In this document: positions 1-10,500 of the stretch, piece by piece | How the letters are laid out: every line of letters begins with the position of its first letter | How positions within the stretch are numbered: position 1 is the stretch's first letter | From: a virus | Lineage: Duplodnaviria > Caudoviricetes | Virus record (IMG/VR): IMGVR_UViG_2845860650_000005 | Location: 1-64,000 of that record | Length of the DNA stretch: 64,000 bases | Reading direction: 5' to 3' (one strand) | Translations under genes and position numbers: made by a program | The notes under the pieces: generated by a model | The model's database searches: none | Seen by the model: only the letters and a program-made list of their open reading frames with translations | What the model was told of the DNA's origin: nothing

Positions 1-27
1 TACATCCATCGACGAGAAAATAATGGA

Positions 28-306
28 TTGGTAGTTGAAGAAGTTATCCCAACTCCAGTTATTGAGGAAATCACATTAGAACTGAAAAATGTTGAGGATT
101 TAAACAGTCTAAAAGGTGCATCTAAAGTATTTGAAGTAAAAGGAGTCAGTAAAACATATCAACGCATTGAATTAGAGTCAGAATTTGTAGATTTTGAAAT
201 AGAAGGGGGTATTCAATGCCAATTAATTGATATTAAAGAAAATACTTTAACTTGGGATTTAAGAGTCGAACAGAAACTAGGAGAACAGCAAATTTATGGA
301 TACTGA
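28..306 (+). CDS. Hypothetical protein, probably 5'-truncated by the window edge
   Basis: Acidic, protein-like ORF; the frame is open back to the window start. Confidence 0.55.
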   Translation: MVVEEVIPTPVIEEITLELKNVEDLNSLKGASKVFEVKGVSKTYQRIELESEFVDFEIEGGIQCQLIDIKENTLTWDLRVEQKLGEQQIYGY

Positions 307-310
307 AAAA

Positions 311-503
311 GGCAGAGGGCAGAAGGCAGAAGGCAGAGGGCAGAGGGCAGAGGGCAGAAGGCAGAGGGCAGAGGGCAGAAAGCAGAAGGCAGAAGGCAGA
401 GGGCAGAGGGCAGAAAGCAGAAGTGAAGAATGCACAAATACGATTAGTTCTGGACACCAAGCAGAAAATAAACCTTCTGCCCTCTGCCCTCTAACTTCTG
501 CCT
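311..503. repeat. STRR heptamer array (GGCAGA[G/A])n with a downstream inverted copy (TCTGCC)
   Basis: Tandem GGCAGAG/GGCAGAA at 311-421 and complementary units at about 474-503. Confidence 0.92.
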
Positions 504-551
504 TTCTTATTGATGACTCTCACTTAAAAGGCAATATTTTCTCAAATGTAA

Positions 552-1226
552 ATGCTAGCACTAACCAGGGTCAAAACTTATCTAGAAGTTCGCCAGGATA
601 TCAACAATCTAAGGCTGAAGTGCAGCAACAAATCAAAACAATGCGGAAACGCCTGCATCCCAAAAATTCATAAATGCCGCTTAACTTCTGAACAACTAAA
701 TGCTGTCGTCGAACGAATAGAAAATCAAATTAAAGATAATCCTACAGAACAAGCGATCGCAGTTAACCCAGCTACAGGTAGAGTAATAGTTTCTAAAGGA
801 GGAAATTCAACAAGCGTTTATTTATCTTCTCAAGATTTACGACAAATGAGGGGAGCTATCGTTACCCATAATCACCCGAATCTAGGTTGGTCTAAGAATG
901 ACGCTAGGAGTAAAGGACTTAGCTTTTCAGCTTCAGATGTTGAAGTTGCCTGCAAAGCAAATATGGCAGAGATTAGAGCAGTGTCTAGTGGCTATCGGCA
1001 CTCCCTAAAACCTCCTCCTTCTGGATGGAATGAAAACTTTTGGCGATCACAGGTTAGTCCGACTTATAAAAAATATGAAAAGCAAGTTTATGGAGAGTAT
1101 TTAACACAGATTCTTACAGGTAGGAAAAAAGTAGACCAAGCAGAAGCAGACTATCATCACGAAGTAATTAAAAGAACTGCCAGTCAATTAGGAATGAATT
1201 ATTCAAGAAAGGAGTTGTATGGTTAA
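552..1226 (+). CDS. Cys4-tagged JAB/MPN-like domain protein (putative virion cargo)
   Basis: N-terminal RQD...CSNKSKQCGNACIPKIHKC; JAB-like E...THNHP...SFSASD motif. Confidence 0.7.
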   Translation: MLALTRVKTYLEVRQDINNLRLKCSNKSKQCGNACIPKIHKCRLTSEQLNAVVERIENQIKDNPTEQAIAVNPATGRVIVSKGGNSTSVYLSSQDLRQMRGAIVTHNHPNLGWSKNDARSKGLSFSASDVEVACKANMAEIRAVSSGYRHSLKPPPSGWNENFWRSQVSPTYKKYEKQVYGEYLTQILTGRKKVDQAEADYHHEVIKRTASQLGMNYSRKELYG

Positions 1227-2316
1227 CACAATTGAAGAAAGAAACTTAGAAATAGCAAATATTTTTATACAAGAATTTGATGCACCCGTGCAAATATTAA
1301 CTGCTTATCAAGACGATGAAGGCGTAATTTACGGTAATTTATTAAGTTCTGGAGATTTTTATACTTATGCTTTTGACGAAGAAAGCATAGGTGTTGTACA
1401 CCACGAACAAGAAACTGAAGAATTAAACGAATATGCCGAAGGATTACTTGCAGGTTATGGCGTAAAAACAGATAGTGACTCTCCTATCGAATACACTTTT
1501 GGAATGCTTAGAATTGACGCTCAAGTTAGGTGTAATAAAGGGGGTACGCCATGCGGAAAAGTATGCCTTCCTAAAGGTTCTGTTTGCCGTAAGTATGGTA
1601 GTGGTGGTGGAGGTGGGGGCAAGCTTAAAAGTGGCGGTGGCGCTGCTCTTGGTGCTGGGATTGCGGGTGGGGTAGCCCTTGCTGGCACTGCTGGCGCTGC
1701 TGGTACTTTAGCCTATATAAATCGTAAAAATTTAGCAACTGGTGGTAAAGCGGTTGCTGGCAGATTAAAACGGGCAGGACAAGAAGGTTACAGCGAATTA
1801 AAAACAGGTTTGTCTGGAGCTAAAATGAGCCTCAAGGCAGGATTTGAAGCTGCTAAAGAACTCGATAAAAATATCGCCTCTGCGGAAAAACAAGTCCCCG
1901 AAAAAGAAAAATCAAAAGCTCGGATGACGCGCAGAGTAATAACAAATACTACAGCAGCAGGAGGTGTTGGAGGTGCTATAGGCTCTACATCTGCTGGAGT
2001 TGAAAATGCAGCGAGAGCGGTCGGTAGAAATTTAAAAGCCGCAGGGGAAGACATAAAAACAACCGCTAAAAACAGTGCAAATACAACTGCAAGGGCAGCA
2101 AAAAATGTCAAAGAAACATTTTTTGGTAAAAAAACCAATACTAATTCCCAACAAGCTACACCGATAGACCCTCAACCAATAAAGCCGCCTACAGCATCTA
2201 AAGAACCCAAACGTCAACAAGTAACTGTTATTCCAGTTCCCCAACCCAAATTGCCCCAAGGCGAATCTTCAAAACCATCCCAAAAAAAACCCGGTAGACC
2301 CCGTAAAAATAAATAA
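1219..2316 (+). CDS. Cys4-tagged protein with Gly/Ala-rich hydrophobic segments and a basic Pro-rich tail (putative virion cargo)
   Basis: RIDA...CNKGGTPCGKVCLPKGSVC followed by AALGAGIAGGVALAG; overlaps the upstream gene by 8 nt. Confidence 0.7.
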   Translation: MVNTIEERNLEIANIFIQEFDAPVQILTAYQDDEGVIYGNLLSSGDFYTYAFDEESIGVVHHEQETEELNEYAEGLLAGYGVKTDSDSPIEYTFGMLRIDAQVRCNKGGTPCGKVCLPKGSVCRKYGSGGGGGGKLKSGGGAALGAGIAGGVALAGTAGAAGTLAYINRKNLATGGKAVAGRLKRAGQEGYSELKTGLSGAKMSLKAGFEAAKELDKNIASAEKQVPEKEKSKARMTRRVITNTTAAGGVGGAIGSTSAGVENAARAVGRNLKAAGEDIKTTAKNSANTTARAAKNVKETFFGKKTNTNSQQATPIDPQPIKPPTASKEPKRQQVTVIPVPQPKLPQGESSKPSQKKPGRPRKNK

Positions 2317-2330
2317 TATTTAGGTAATTT

Positions 2331-5300
2331 ATGCCATCAACTAGTTATTCAGAATCTAAACAGTCAGTATTAGATTCTGTGAAATGTAAAAAAGGTAAAC
2401 CTTGCGGCGAAATTTGTATTCCTAAAACAAGTAAGTGTTCTATTGGAAATTCTAAATCATCTCGCCTCCAATCTCCTAAAAGTGAATCTGGAACTATTGT
2501 TGGTGGCGTCGCTATTGGGTCTACATTGGGAGCAGCGGCAATTGCCGCAGGATTGGGCACTTATGGAGCAGCGAGATTACATCAAGTAAGAGAAAACTAT
2601 CGAAACAATTTTGCTGTAAGTGCAGTTCGCGCTGAAGTTGAATCAAGAAATGTTAAAGCTCCAATTTTTGGTAAAGATACTAAAACAGCAATTTTAACTG
2701 TTGGTGGATTCGGTACTAAAGATGCTTACTCTGAAAGTGAAGTTTTAAAGAAAAATATTGAATCGTTAGGCATCAAAGGACTTTATGTAGAGCCTCAATC
2801 TTATGCTGAATTTAACGTCCCAACTCGACCAGTAGATAAAGAGACTACAAAAAAAGCTTCCGAAGAAGCTAAAAATTTGTTTATCAAAACAGTTTTTGAA
2901 ACGGGGTATAATCCTACTGCTGTAAGCGTAGCTGCCAAAATAATTGCTTATAAAAAAGCTAATCCAGACAAAGAATATCAATTAATGGGTCATTCTGGTG
3001 GTGGGTTAGTAGTGCAAGAAGCTCATGAAATTCTACATAAAGCAGGAATTAATATTAAAACTACAGCAATTGGATCTCCTGATGTTGGTTTAATTCCCGG
3101 TACTGGAGATTTAGTAACTGCAACTAGTAAACACGATAAAATTCTCAAGCTGTCTGGTGGACGCGGGGTAAATGGTAAAAGTTTTGATAATGTTCTAGAC
3201 CACGGACAAAATTCTTATTTTGAAGATGCAGATTTCCGCAATTTTATTAAAAATAGATTAACCCCTACCCGACAAGATAGGTTGGATAAAGCAAATTGTA
3301 AAATTGGTAAAAATTGCGGTGATATCTGCATACCTAAAAAATCAGTATGTAAGTCAGAAAAACCTTCTACAGCTACAAATACAGCTAATAAATTAGCAAT
3401 GACTTCTGCTATAGCAGCAGGGGCAGCTATTTTAGGCGTACCAACTGCCGCATATCTCGTGCAAAAAGCACGCTTCCAAGTGGGATTTTCTAAATCGGCA
3501 GATATGGCTAAAGAGCAAGCAAAAACTTATAAACTCCCAGACAAAGTATTTACAGGATTTCGGTCGATTGATGACCAGCAGTTACCGGGAAGTAGTGTTA
3601 AGTCTGGAGTTAAAAATATTGATACTGGTTCCGTTGCAGACCAAATAACTTTTTTTGCTGGTGGTATCGGAGCAGTAGGAGGACTAGAAGGAGATCATAT
3701 CGGGCAGCAAATTAGTAAAATGCTACCAAATCATCATGTTGTTGCCGTTGAAACTCCAGAACAAGACGTTTCTTTTACTTCGGGCGATTCGGTTGCTAGC
3801 CCTCGGTTCCTGAAAAAAGCTGTATCAGCTTTACTAAAAGATAATATTACCAAAGGACGCAGTGAAATCGCCGTAAGAATTGCGTCCCGTGCCTATGCTT
3901 ATCACCAAAAAAATCCCAATTTACCTATAAATTTAATTGGGCAGTCTGGTGGCGGAATGCCAGTCAGAGAGTCGGCAGAAATCTTAAAAAGAATGGGAGT
4001 TAAAGATATTAGAGTTGCTACAACAGGTAGTCCTTATTTTGGCTTGACTCCGCCAGTAGGTTTGAGTTTAGTCGATACTAAAAAAGACCCTGTAAATAAA
4101 ATTTACGGCGCAACTATGCCGAATAAAACTCATGTTGATGCCGTTGGGCATTCGTTATACTTTTCAGAAAATCATTATAAATTAATTGAGAATGGTACTT
4201 GGAATCAACGAGTTTCCCAGAATATTTGGGAAGAAGCAGTTCCTAATAAAAACGTTCAAAAAGTTTTAGTTGATTATTTTGACCGCACTGCTAAATCTAA
4301 TAACGCAAACAATATTGTAAATACTTCTAAAAAAGTAGCGAAGGACTCAGTTATTGATAGTAACATTTCCCAAGAAATACAAAAACAATTTGCTATTCTT
4401 TTATCTAGAAGTTATGGTAAGCCAATTATTAAAGTTGGTAGTATTAAAATATCTACAAATAATACTGTCACTGGATTAGCTCAAGATAATTCAGGAAAGC
4501 TTTTAAGCTTTACCTTTAAAGACGACAAACTTACTTACCAAGTAGCTAAAAATCTTACCAAGTTAGATACTGCTGACTATAGAGAAGACAAATCTGTAAA
4601 AAAAAAGTGCCGCAAAGGCATGAGTTGCGGCGATACTTGCATTGCCGCTAACGATACTTGTCGCTTGCAGGTTAACCAAATTGCAACTCCAACTGAAATA
4701 ACAAGACTTAGGCAATCGATAGTTAAATTTAAACTCGCACAAAACCAAAATATTGTTCCAGCAACGCCCATACCAGATACGTCAGAGCAAATACCTATAA
4801 AATCAAAGTATATCGTTAATCCCCAAACCGGAGTTCCCTATACAATCCGCGAACTCAGAAAGCAGGCATCAGAGAAGAGAATTTACAACTACGGTTCCAT
4901 GACTATCAAAGAGTTGCAAGGTGCTTTGCAGCTATACGACCAAAAACCAGAATCAAGAGACAGAATTGTTCGAGGGATTTCAAAACGTAAAGGATTTAGC
5001 ACCAGAGCAATTGCGGCTGCTGGACTTTCTGGTAGGGGAACCCCATTAGAGCGTTCTACCAAGCGATCGCTCAAAAACACTGCGGATGTTTGGCGCAAGC
5101 TAGAGGCCCTAGCCAAATTTGCCAACACTTCTCCTGTTTCTTGGAGTGCTGCTGCCGTTGGTGCATTCCTCATCGGCAGAACTATTAAAGGTTACGAGCA
5201 GGCCAAACAAACCTACCGTGAAGGGTTCAATGAGTCGGCAAGGATGGCTGAAGAACAAGCTAGTAAACTTAACTTGCAACATCCATTGGAGCGTGATGGC

Positions 5301-7577
5301 GAACCTAGTTTGTTACCCAACGGTAAACCAAGGATGACTTCACGCATCAACCAAGACAATATTACCTTTGCTATTGGGTCTGGTAAAGGTTACGGTGCAG
5401 AAGAAATGAAATCTCTGCTGCAACGTGAAAAGAATGCGGACAATACCAAAGACTACTGGCTTACCCACAGCAATTATGTAATTCCTTTCAACCTCAAAGA
5501 GTTTGGTACGCCCCAGCCCCCAGGAGGTGGAGAACCAGGAATTGCTAGTACAGTGGTTAATGGTGTGGGTGGCATCATCCAAAATTTTGCTCGCAAGCGT
5601 AACCAAGATGCAGTTGATTTGGCTGCTTCGATTTACGCCCATGCGATCGCTGTTTCTCCCCAAGATGGTAAGACTCTAGTCAATAGAAACAAAAAAATCA
5701 ACATAGTAGCCCACTGCAACGGAGGCTTGGTAACCAAAGAAGCTTTAGAAATTCTCTCCCGTATGGAACTCAAAGGCAGTCCCTCTGGAAAGAAAGTAAT
5801 GGAGCAAGTGAACGCTGTTTATTTAGGAACTCCACATTTTGGATTCGCAGAAAATGTATCTCGCCGCCAGCGCACCATTATCAGCCCCCAAGACCCAATA
5901 TCAATTCTCCCTACTTTTGGAGAAGGCGCAAGGCAACAATGGATTAGCTCTGTTACAGGCGGTTCTGCTAGGGATTATTTAACTGACGAACGAGTTAGGG
6001 ATGCCATCCGAGAGGCTTTTGGATATTATCAAGGCTCTCCCGAAGAAGTAAGGCGCAGAATTGGAAAGCGCAAAGACTCAGCTAAAACCCCGCAATGTTC
6101 CACAGATACTAAAAACTGCGGCGAAATTTGTATTCCAAAAGCCAATACCTGTCACGTAAATACCGCAATTGCTGGTGCAACGATGGTAGCAGCGATTGGA
6201 ACTGTGGGAGGTGCAGGTGCGATCGCTGCTATATATTTAGGTACTAAATCTGACGTTCCGTTACTTGCAGATAATCAGCTACAAATTGTCAATCAAAAAT
6301 ATCTCAACCAGTTAAAACCAGATGGTACTTCTCCGAAACAAGGAGCAATTGGTAAGGCTTTATTTGTTAAAGATGCCAGCAACAAAAGATTTGTTTTCAA
6401 AGAAGTGAGGCACAACTTCCATCTTTTAGAAGCGGCTTCAGAAGCTACTGCTTCTGACATTGCTCAAAAATCAAACATTAATATCAATAAAGTTTCTTTA
6501 ATTCCAGCAAATCTTAAATCTCCATTAAAAACAGGATTTGCTGGAGCATCTTTGCACTCCGTCGTTCCCGGAAAAACACTAGCTGAATTAAAAACTAATT
6601 CAAATTCTGTTTTTGAAAATCTTAATATCAAGCAGCAGTCGGGCTTAACTCCAGCAATGCTTTCAAGTTTATCAAAACATTCAGACCTACCTAAAATCGC
6701 AGCATTTGATACTTTTATTGGCAATTGGGATAGGAAATCTGAAAATTTGATGTATGACTCTAAAACAAATTCATTTAACGGCATAGATAATGGATTAGCT
6801 TTCACGCGAAACCTAGTCTCAAAAACTCTAGATAATTTTAAAAATTTAGATGTTGGACAAATCAGTCTGTCAGAACGCAATGCTTTATCACAATACTTAA
6901 AAACTCTTAAAAAACTCCGCAGCGAACATACTGTTGATGAAATTAAAAGTAGGTACATTTCTTATTTCAAACATGAGAAAGGAGATTGGAATTTATTGAA
7001 AAGGTATTCAACAATTACAAACATAGAAAATAACTACAGAAGTACTGACAAATTGATTCAAGTTTTAGAACAAAAGTTGAATACATCTAAATTAGACTCG
7101 GAAGCTTATAGGTTAGAAAAAAAACTTATACATCTTGATTTTCTTAAAAAATGTAAAACTGGAAATCCCTGCGGTGATATTTGCTTGCCTGCTGGTCGTA
7201 AATGCCGGATTAAAGAATTCGATCGTAGGAAGCTATCTGTAAAACTCGGCAGAGGTGCTGTATCGCAAACTATTGGTGGTTTAGGTCAAGATTTAGAAAG
7301 GGCATATTTGAGAACATCTAAACTTGTTAGAGAAAAGCATCGTAATTTAACCAAAAAGCCACCTTTAACCACCAAAGAAAAAATCAAAGAAACTCTTGCC
7401 CATGAAGCAAAATTACTAGGTGTATTTTTAGGTCAAGGAACTGTTTCTAAAACTTTAAAAACAGTAGATGAAAAATTAATTGATTTTTCGGATTTTGTTG
7501 CTGAAACTCCTGAAAAGCTTGCAGATACAGTTGCAGAGGTTCAGAAAAAACTATCTAATTTAATTAATAAAAAGTAG
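2331..7577 (+). CDS. 1748-aa polyvalent protein: five Cys4 tags, three alpha/beta-hydrolase (lipase-like) domains, a Rho-N-like helical domain and a HipA/PI3-4K-like kinase
   Basis: GHSGG (2988), GQSGG (3939), AHCNG (5709); TIRELRKQASEKRIYNYGSMTIKEL; kinase motifs FVFKE...E...DTFIGNWDRKSEN...IDNGLAF. Confidence 0.82.
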   Translation: MPSTSYSESKQSVLDSVKCKKGKPCGEICIPKTSKCSIGNSKSSRLQSPKSESGTIVGGVAIGSTLGAAAIAAGLGTYGAARLHQVRENYRNNFAVSAVRAEVESRNVKAPIFGKDTKTAILTVGGFGTKDAYSESEVLKKNIESLGIKGLYVEPQSYAEFNVPTRPVDKETTKKASEEAKNLFIKTVFETGYNPTAVSVAAKIIAYKKANPDKEYQLMGHSGGGLVVQEAHEILHKAGINIKTTAIGSPDVGLIPGTGDLVTATSKHDKILKLSGGRGVNGKSFDNVLDHGQNSYFEDADFRNFIKNRLTPTRQDRLDKANCKIGKNCGDICIPKKSVCKSEKPSTATNTANKLAMTSAIAAGAAILGVPTAAYLVQKARFQVGFSKSADMAKEQAKTYKLPDKVFTGFRSIDDQQLPGSSVKSGVKNIDTGSVADQITFFAGGIGAVGGLEGDHIGQQISKMLPNHHVVAVETPEQDVSFTSGDSVASPRFLKKAVSALLKDNITKGRSEIAVRIASRAYAYHQKNPNLPINLIGQSGGGMPVRESAEILKRMGVKDIRVATTGSPYFGLTPPVGLSLVDTKKDPVNKIYGATMPNKTHVDAVGHSLYFSENHYKLIENGTWNQRVSQNIWEEAVPNKNVQKVLVDYFDRTAKSNNANNIVNTSKKVAKDSVIDSNISQEIQKQFAILLSRSYGKPIIKVGSIKISTNNTVTGLAQDNSGKLLSFTFKDDKLTYQVAKNLTKLDTADYREDKSVKKKCRKGMSCGDTCIAANDTCRLQVNQIATPTEITRLRQSIVKFKLAQNQNIVPATPIPDTSEQIPIKSKYIVNPQTGVPYTIRELRKQASEKRIYNYGSMTIKELQGALQLYDQKPESRDRIVRGISKRKGFSTRAIAAAGLSGRGTPLERSTKRSLKNTADVWRKLEALAKFANTSPVSWSAAAVGAFLIGRTIKGYEQAKQTYREGFNESARMAEEQASKLNLQHPLERDGEPSLLPNGKPRMTSRINQDNITFAIGSGKGYGAEEMKSLLQREKNADNTKDYWLTHSNYVIPFNLKEFGTPQPPGGGEPGIASTVVNGVGGIIQNFARKRNQDAVDLAASIYAHAIAVSPQDGKTLVNRNKKINIVAHCNGGLVTKEALEILSRMELKGSPSGKKVMEQVNAVYLGTPHFGFAENVSRRQRTIISPQDPISILPTFGEGARQQWISSVTGGSARDYLTDERVRDAIREAFGYYQGSPEEVRRRIGKRKDSAKTPQCSTDTKNCGEICIPKANTCHVNTAIAGATMVAAIGTVGGAGAIAAIYLGTKSDVPLLADNQLQIVNQKYLNQLKPDGTSPKQGAIGKALFVKDASNKRFVFKEVRHNFHLLEAASEATASDIAQKSNININKVSLIPANLKSPLKTGFAGASLHSVVPGKTLAELKTNSNSVFENLNIKQQSGLTPAMLSSLSKHSDLPKIAAFDTFIGNWDRKSENLMYDSKTNSFNGIDNGLAFTRNLVSKTLDNFKNLDVGQISLSERNALSQYLKTLKKLRSEHTVDEIKSRYISYFKHEKGDWNLLKRYSTITNIENNYRSTDKLIQVLEQKLNTSKLDSEAYRLEKKLIHLDFLKKCKTGNPCGDICLPAGRKCRIKEFDRRKLSVKLGRGAVSQTIGGLGQDLERAYLRTSKLVREKHRNLTKKPPLTTKEKIKETLAHEAKLLGVFLGQGTVSKTLKTVDEKLIDFSDFVAETPEKLADTVAEVQKKLSNLINKK

Positions 7578-7580
7578 TCT

Positions 7581-10500
7581 ATGGCAGCATCAAGCAGTAA
7601 TAGCAATAAAGTTCAAGTTGTCATCGAAGCTAAAGATGTTGCTACTGAAGTAGTGAAAAAAACTGGCATCTCCTTCAATAATTTAAATAAAGAAGCGACA
7701 GTACTTTCTAAATCTTTAACTGGGACTGGACAAGCGTTGCAATTTGTTATTAATTATGCTGATTTAACCAGAGTTAAACTTACTGATACTAGCGTAGCCA
7801 TAATTGGTTTGGGCGTAGCAACCACTGGTGCTTTGGGGAGCGCAGTTTCCAAACTTATTGGCTTAACTTCAGTAGTCGGTAAAATCAAAGAAGGCATTCA
7901 ATCACCGATTGGTCAAACTTTTATTGGACAAATACAGCAATCTGCTGAAAATGCCACTAAAGAGTTAGCACCTCTTAGTACTTTGCTCAAAGAAGTTAGT
8001 TCTGTTGGTGCTGGTATTGGTGCTGGGTTTGGACAAAAGCTATTTAATATTGATACTCGCAGCATTTCTCAGCAATTAAATGATGGTATTAACTTAGGAG
8101 TTGAACAAATTGCTGATAGAATTAGTAAGCCTTTAAAAGAAGCTTTAGGTATATCAAGTAAAGAAGTTCTGCAATTTGTTGGTAAAACGTTTCAAAGTCT
8201 AGATAAACAGATTTCTCGAAGTATTGTTGATACTACATTTGGATTAGCAATTGGTAAAGGCGCAACTCAAGATATTATTAAAAATATTGCCACTAACCCA
8301 GCGATCGCACAATATTCACCAGTTTTTCTTAAATCATTACTGAGCGGGTCTACAGCAGGTGCAGTTGATAGTTTACTATTAGGTATTTCTCAACAAATAA
8401 AAGGCACACAGTTTAGCCCAATTGCTGATTTATTAAAAAAATCAGGATTGGGAAAACAGATTGAATTATTAGCCAACATAAAAATCGATAAATTAGATGA
8501 AAAACAATTAGCCAAAATTAAAATTCAACAAAAAGTCTCTCAAGCTTTGGGTAAGGAAATTACTCCGGAACTTAGATTAGATCTTGATAGTGTTTTTAAT
8601 CAATTAGATGCTCAAATAGCTAATTTCGTCATTGACCAAAAAATCGGACAAGTTTTAGGTAAAAATGTTTCTACGGGATTAATTAAAAGTATTTTACAAA
8701 ATTCTGCTGTTAAAGGTGTGCTTTCATCTTCAATTCAAGACTTATTAAATGGTTCTTTTAGTGATGCTTTGTTGAAAGTCACCCAAAGAGGTATATCAGC
8801 ACCATTAGGTAATCTGTTTAATTTAGCTAACACTTCTGTAGAGAATGTAGCTTATAACTCAGGCGTTCGATTAGCCAATCGCTTGTTTGACGGGCTAGAC
8901 CCTGAAATCAAAAAACGTAACCAAAGAAGTCGTGAAATTTTAGGCGATACTTTTGATGGTGTAGGGGCAAAGTTTACCGCAGGTTTAGGACTTGGAACTA
9001 GCAATTTACCTTTATTAAGTAGTTCTAGGGGTGGCTTACTATCTGGAATTCTGAACGACCAAATTAAAAATCTAATTACTTCATTTGTTCCTGTTCCTGG
9101 AGTAGTTGTTGACCAATTATTAGATTTTGATGGTATTATTCAACAACTCTTTAAAGCAACTGGTCTTAAAGGTCAAATTCCTGGATTAAAACAGCTTGAT
9201 GCAATTTTGGGTAAAGCCGTGGCGGCAAGCCTGGGTAAAGCCATTGATACACAATTACCTGTGCTTTTAGCTCCTTTGGTTGATAATGCTGCCAACTATG
9301 TAACTAAACGTTTTAAAGATGCAGGCAGTAATGCCATAGCTTCTGCGGCAACAGCGTTTTTACCTGGTTATTTGAAAAATGTTGTTAAAACTAGTTTGTT
9401 AGAAAGTGGAGCAGCAGGATTTGTATTTGATGCTTTACTGGAAAATCTTAAACCCGCAAACCTAAAATCTAATTTTGCTGCTTTAGATGGTGTGCTGGGA
9501 AATTTAAAAACTAATGTTAACGCTGGGTTGAAACTAACTGATACATTATTGCGGGGATTTAAAAGCGGCGTTGCAGGAATTCCTAATATTCTCGGAAATA
9601 CTCAATCATTGATTAATTCTTTAGTAACTAGTGCAGATGTAGGATTAGCCGGATTAAAAGTAGATGCTATTGATTTTGTACTGAATTTCAACTATGGTAT
9701 TGACCAAATATCTGCGAATATTGTTAATACCTTGCTCGATGCTTCCATTGCCCTTCAAAGCTTGAGAGGCACTACTGTTGGAGATAATATAATTGATGCT
9801 TTACAAGAAGGCATTCAAAAAGCTATTCAAGCAGTAGGGTTTTTGCAAGCAAAAATCAAAGCGATTGCCAACGCAAGTCTAGGCTTTACTATTGGTGGCA
9901 TTGATAATGTTCGTAACTTTTTACAAGGGTTTAACAATTTTTCTCAAAATATAATTCCTAATATTAAATCTGGTATTACGAGCGTTTTTAACACAGTTAA
10001 TTCTGGCATTGCAATTGCAAATAGAAACATTCAATCATTATTGATATCTGCATCTAGAGGAATAGATTCTATTAAATCTGCAATTCCTAGTATAGTTGCT
10101 CAAATTGCTAGTTCAATCAGTAGCTTAAGGACTTCTTTAGGGCAAGGATTTACTAACATAGATACGTTTTTAAATAGTCTTCAAACGTCTACTAGTTTTG
10201 GAACAACTTTTGCTACGCAAATACAATTTGTCCGTGATAGATTTACAGACTTAAAATTAATTGCAGATGCTAGTTTGTCATTTATTCAAACCAAAGTAGC
10301 AAGTTCAAGTGGATTATTTATTGATTTTGGTAACAAGCTACAAGGAGCCATCGCTGCGGTTTCTGCTTTTAGTAGTGGCACTGCAAGGAATATTCAGTCT
10401 GGATTAAGCGCTGGATTGCGTAATACTATTAATGCCATAGATACGGTTGTGCCCAGTGCAGTTAGAACTTTAACTGGACTGATTAATAGTGCTTTAGTCG

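Noticed and set aside
311-421. Tandem repeat considered as a CRISPR array
   Set aside because: 7-nt units without unique spacers, and no cas genes in the window
233-673. ORFs 233-460, 252-494 and 296-673, and similar ones at 17454, 17530, 21409, 21526, 40715-41007 and 56704-57005
   Set aside because: They are translations of STRR heptamer arrays (AEGRRQK / LPSAFC), which lack stops in several frames; not credible genes
2331-7577. Contact-dependent or T6SS polymorphic toxin with an immunity gene
   Set aside because: No RHS, VgrG, PAAR or haemagglutinin domains; the next gene is the tape measure protein, not a small immunity ORF
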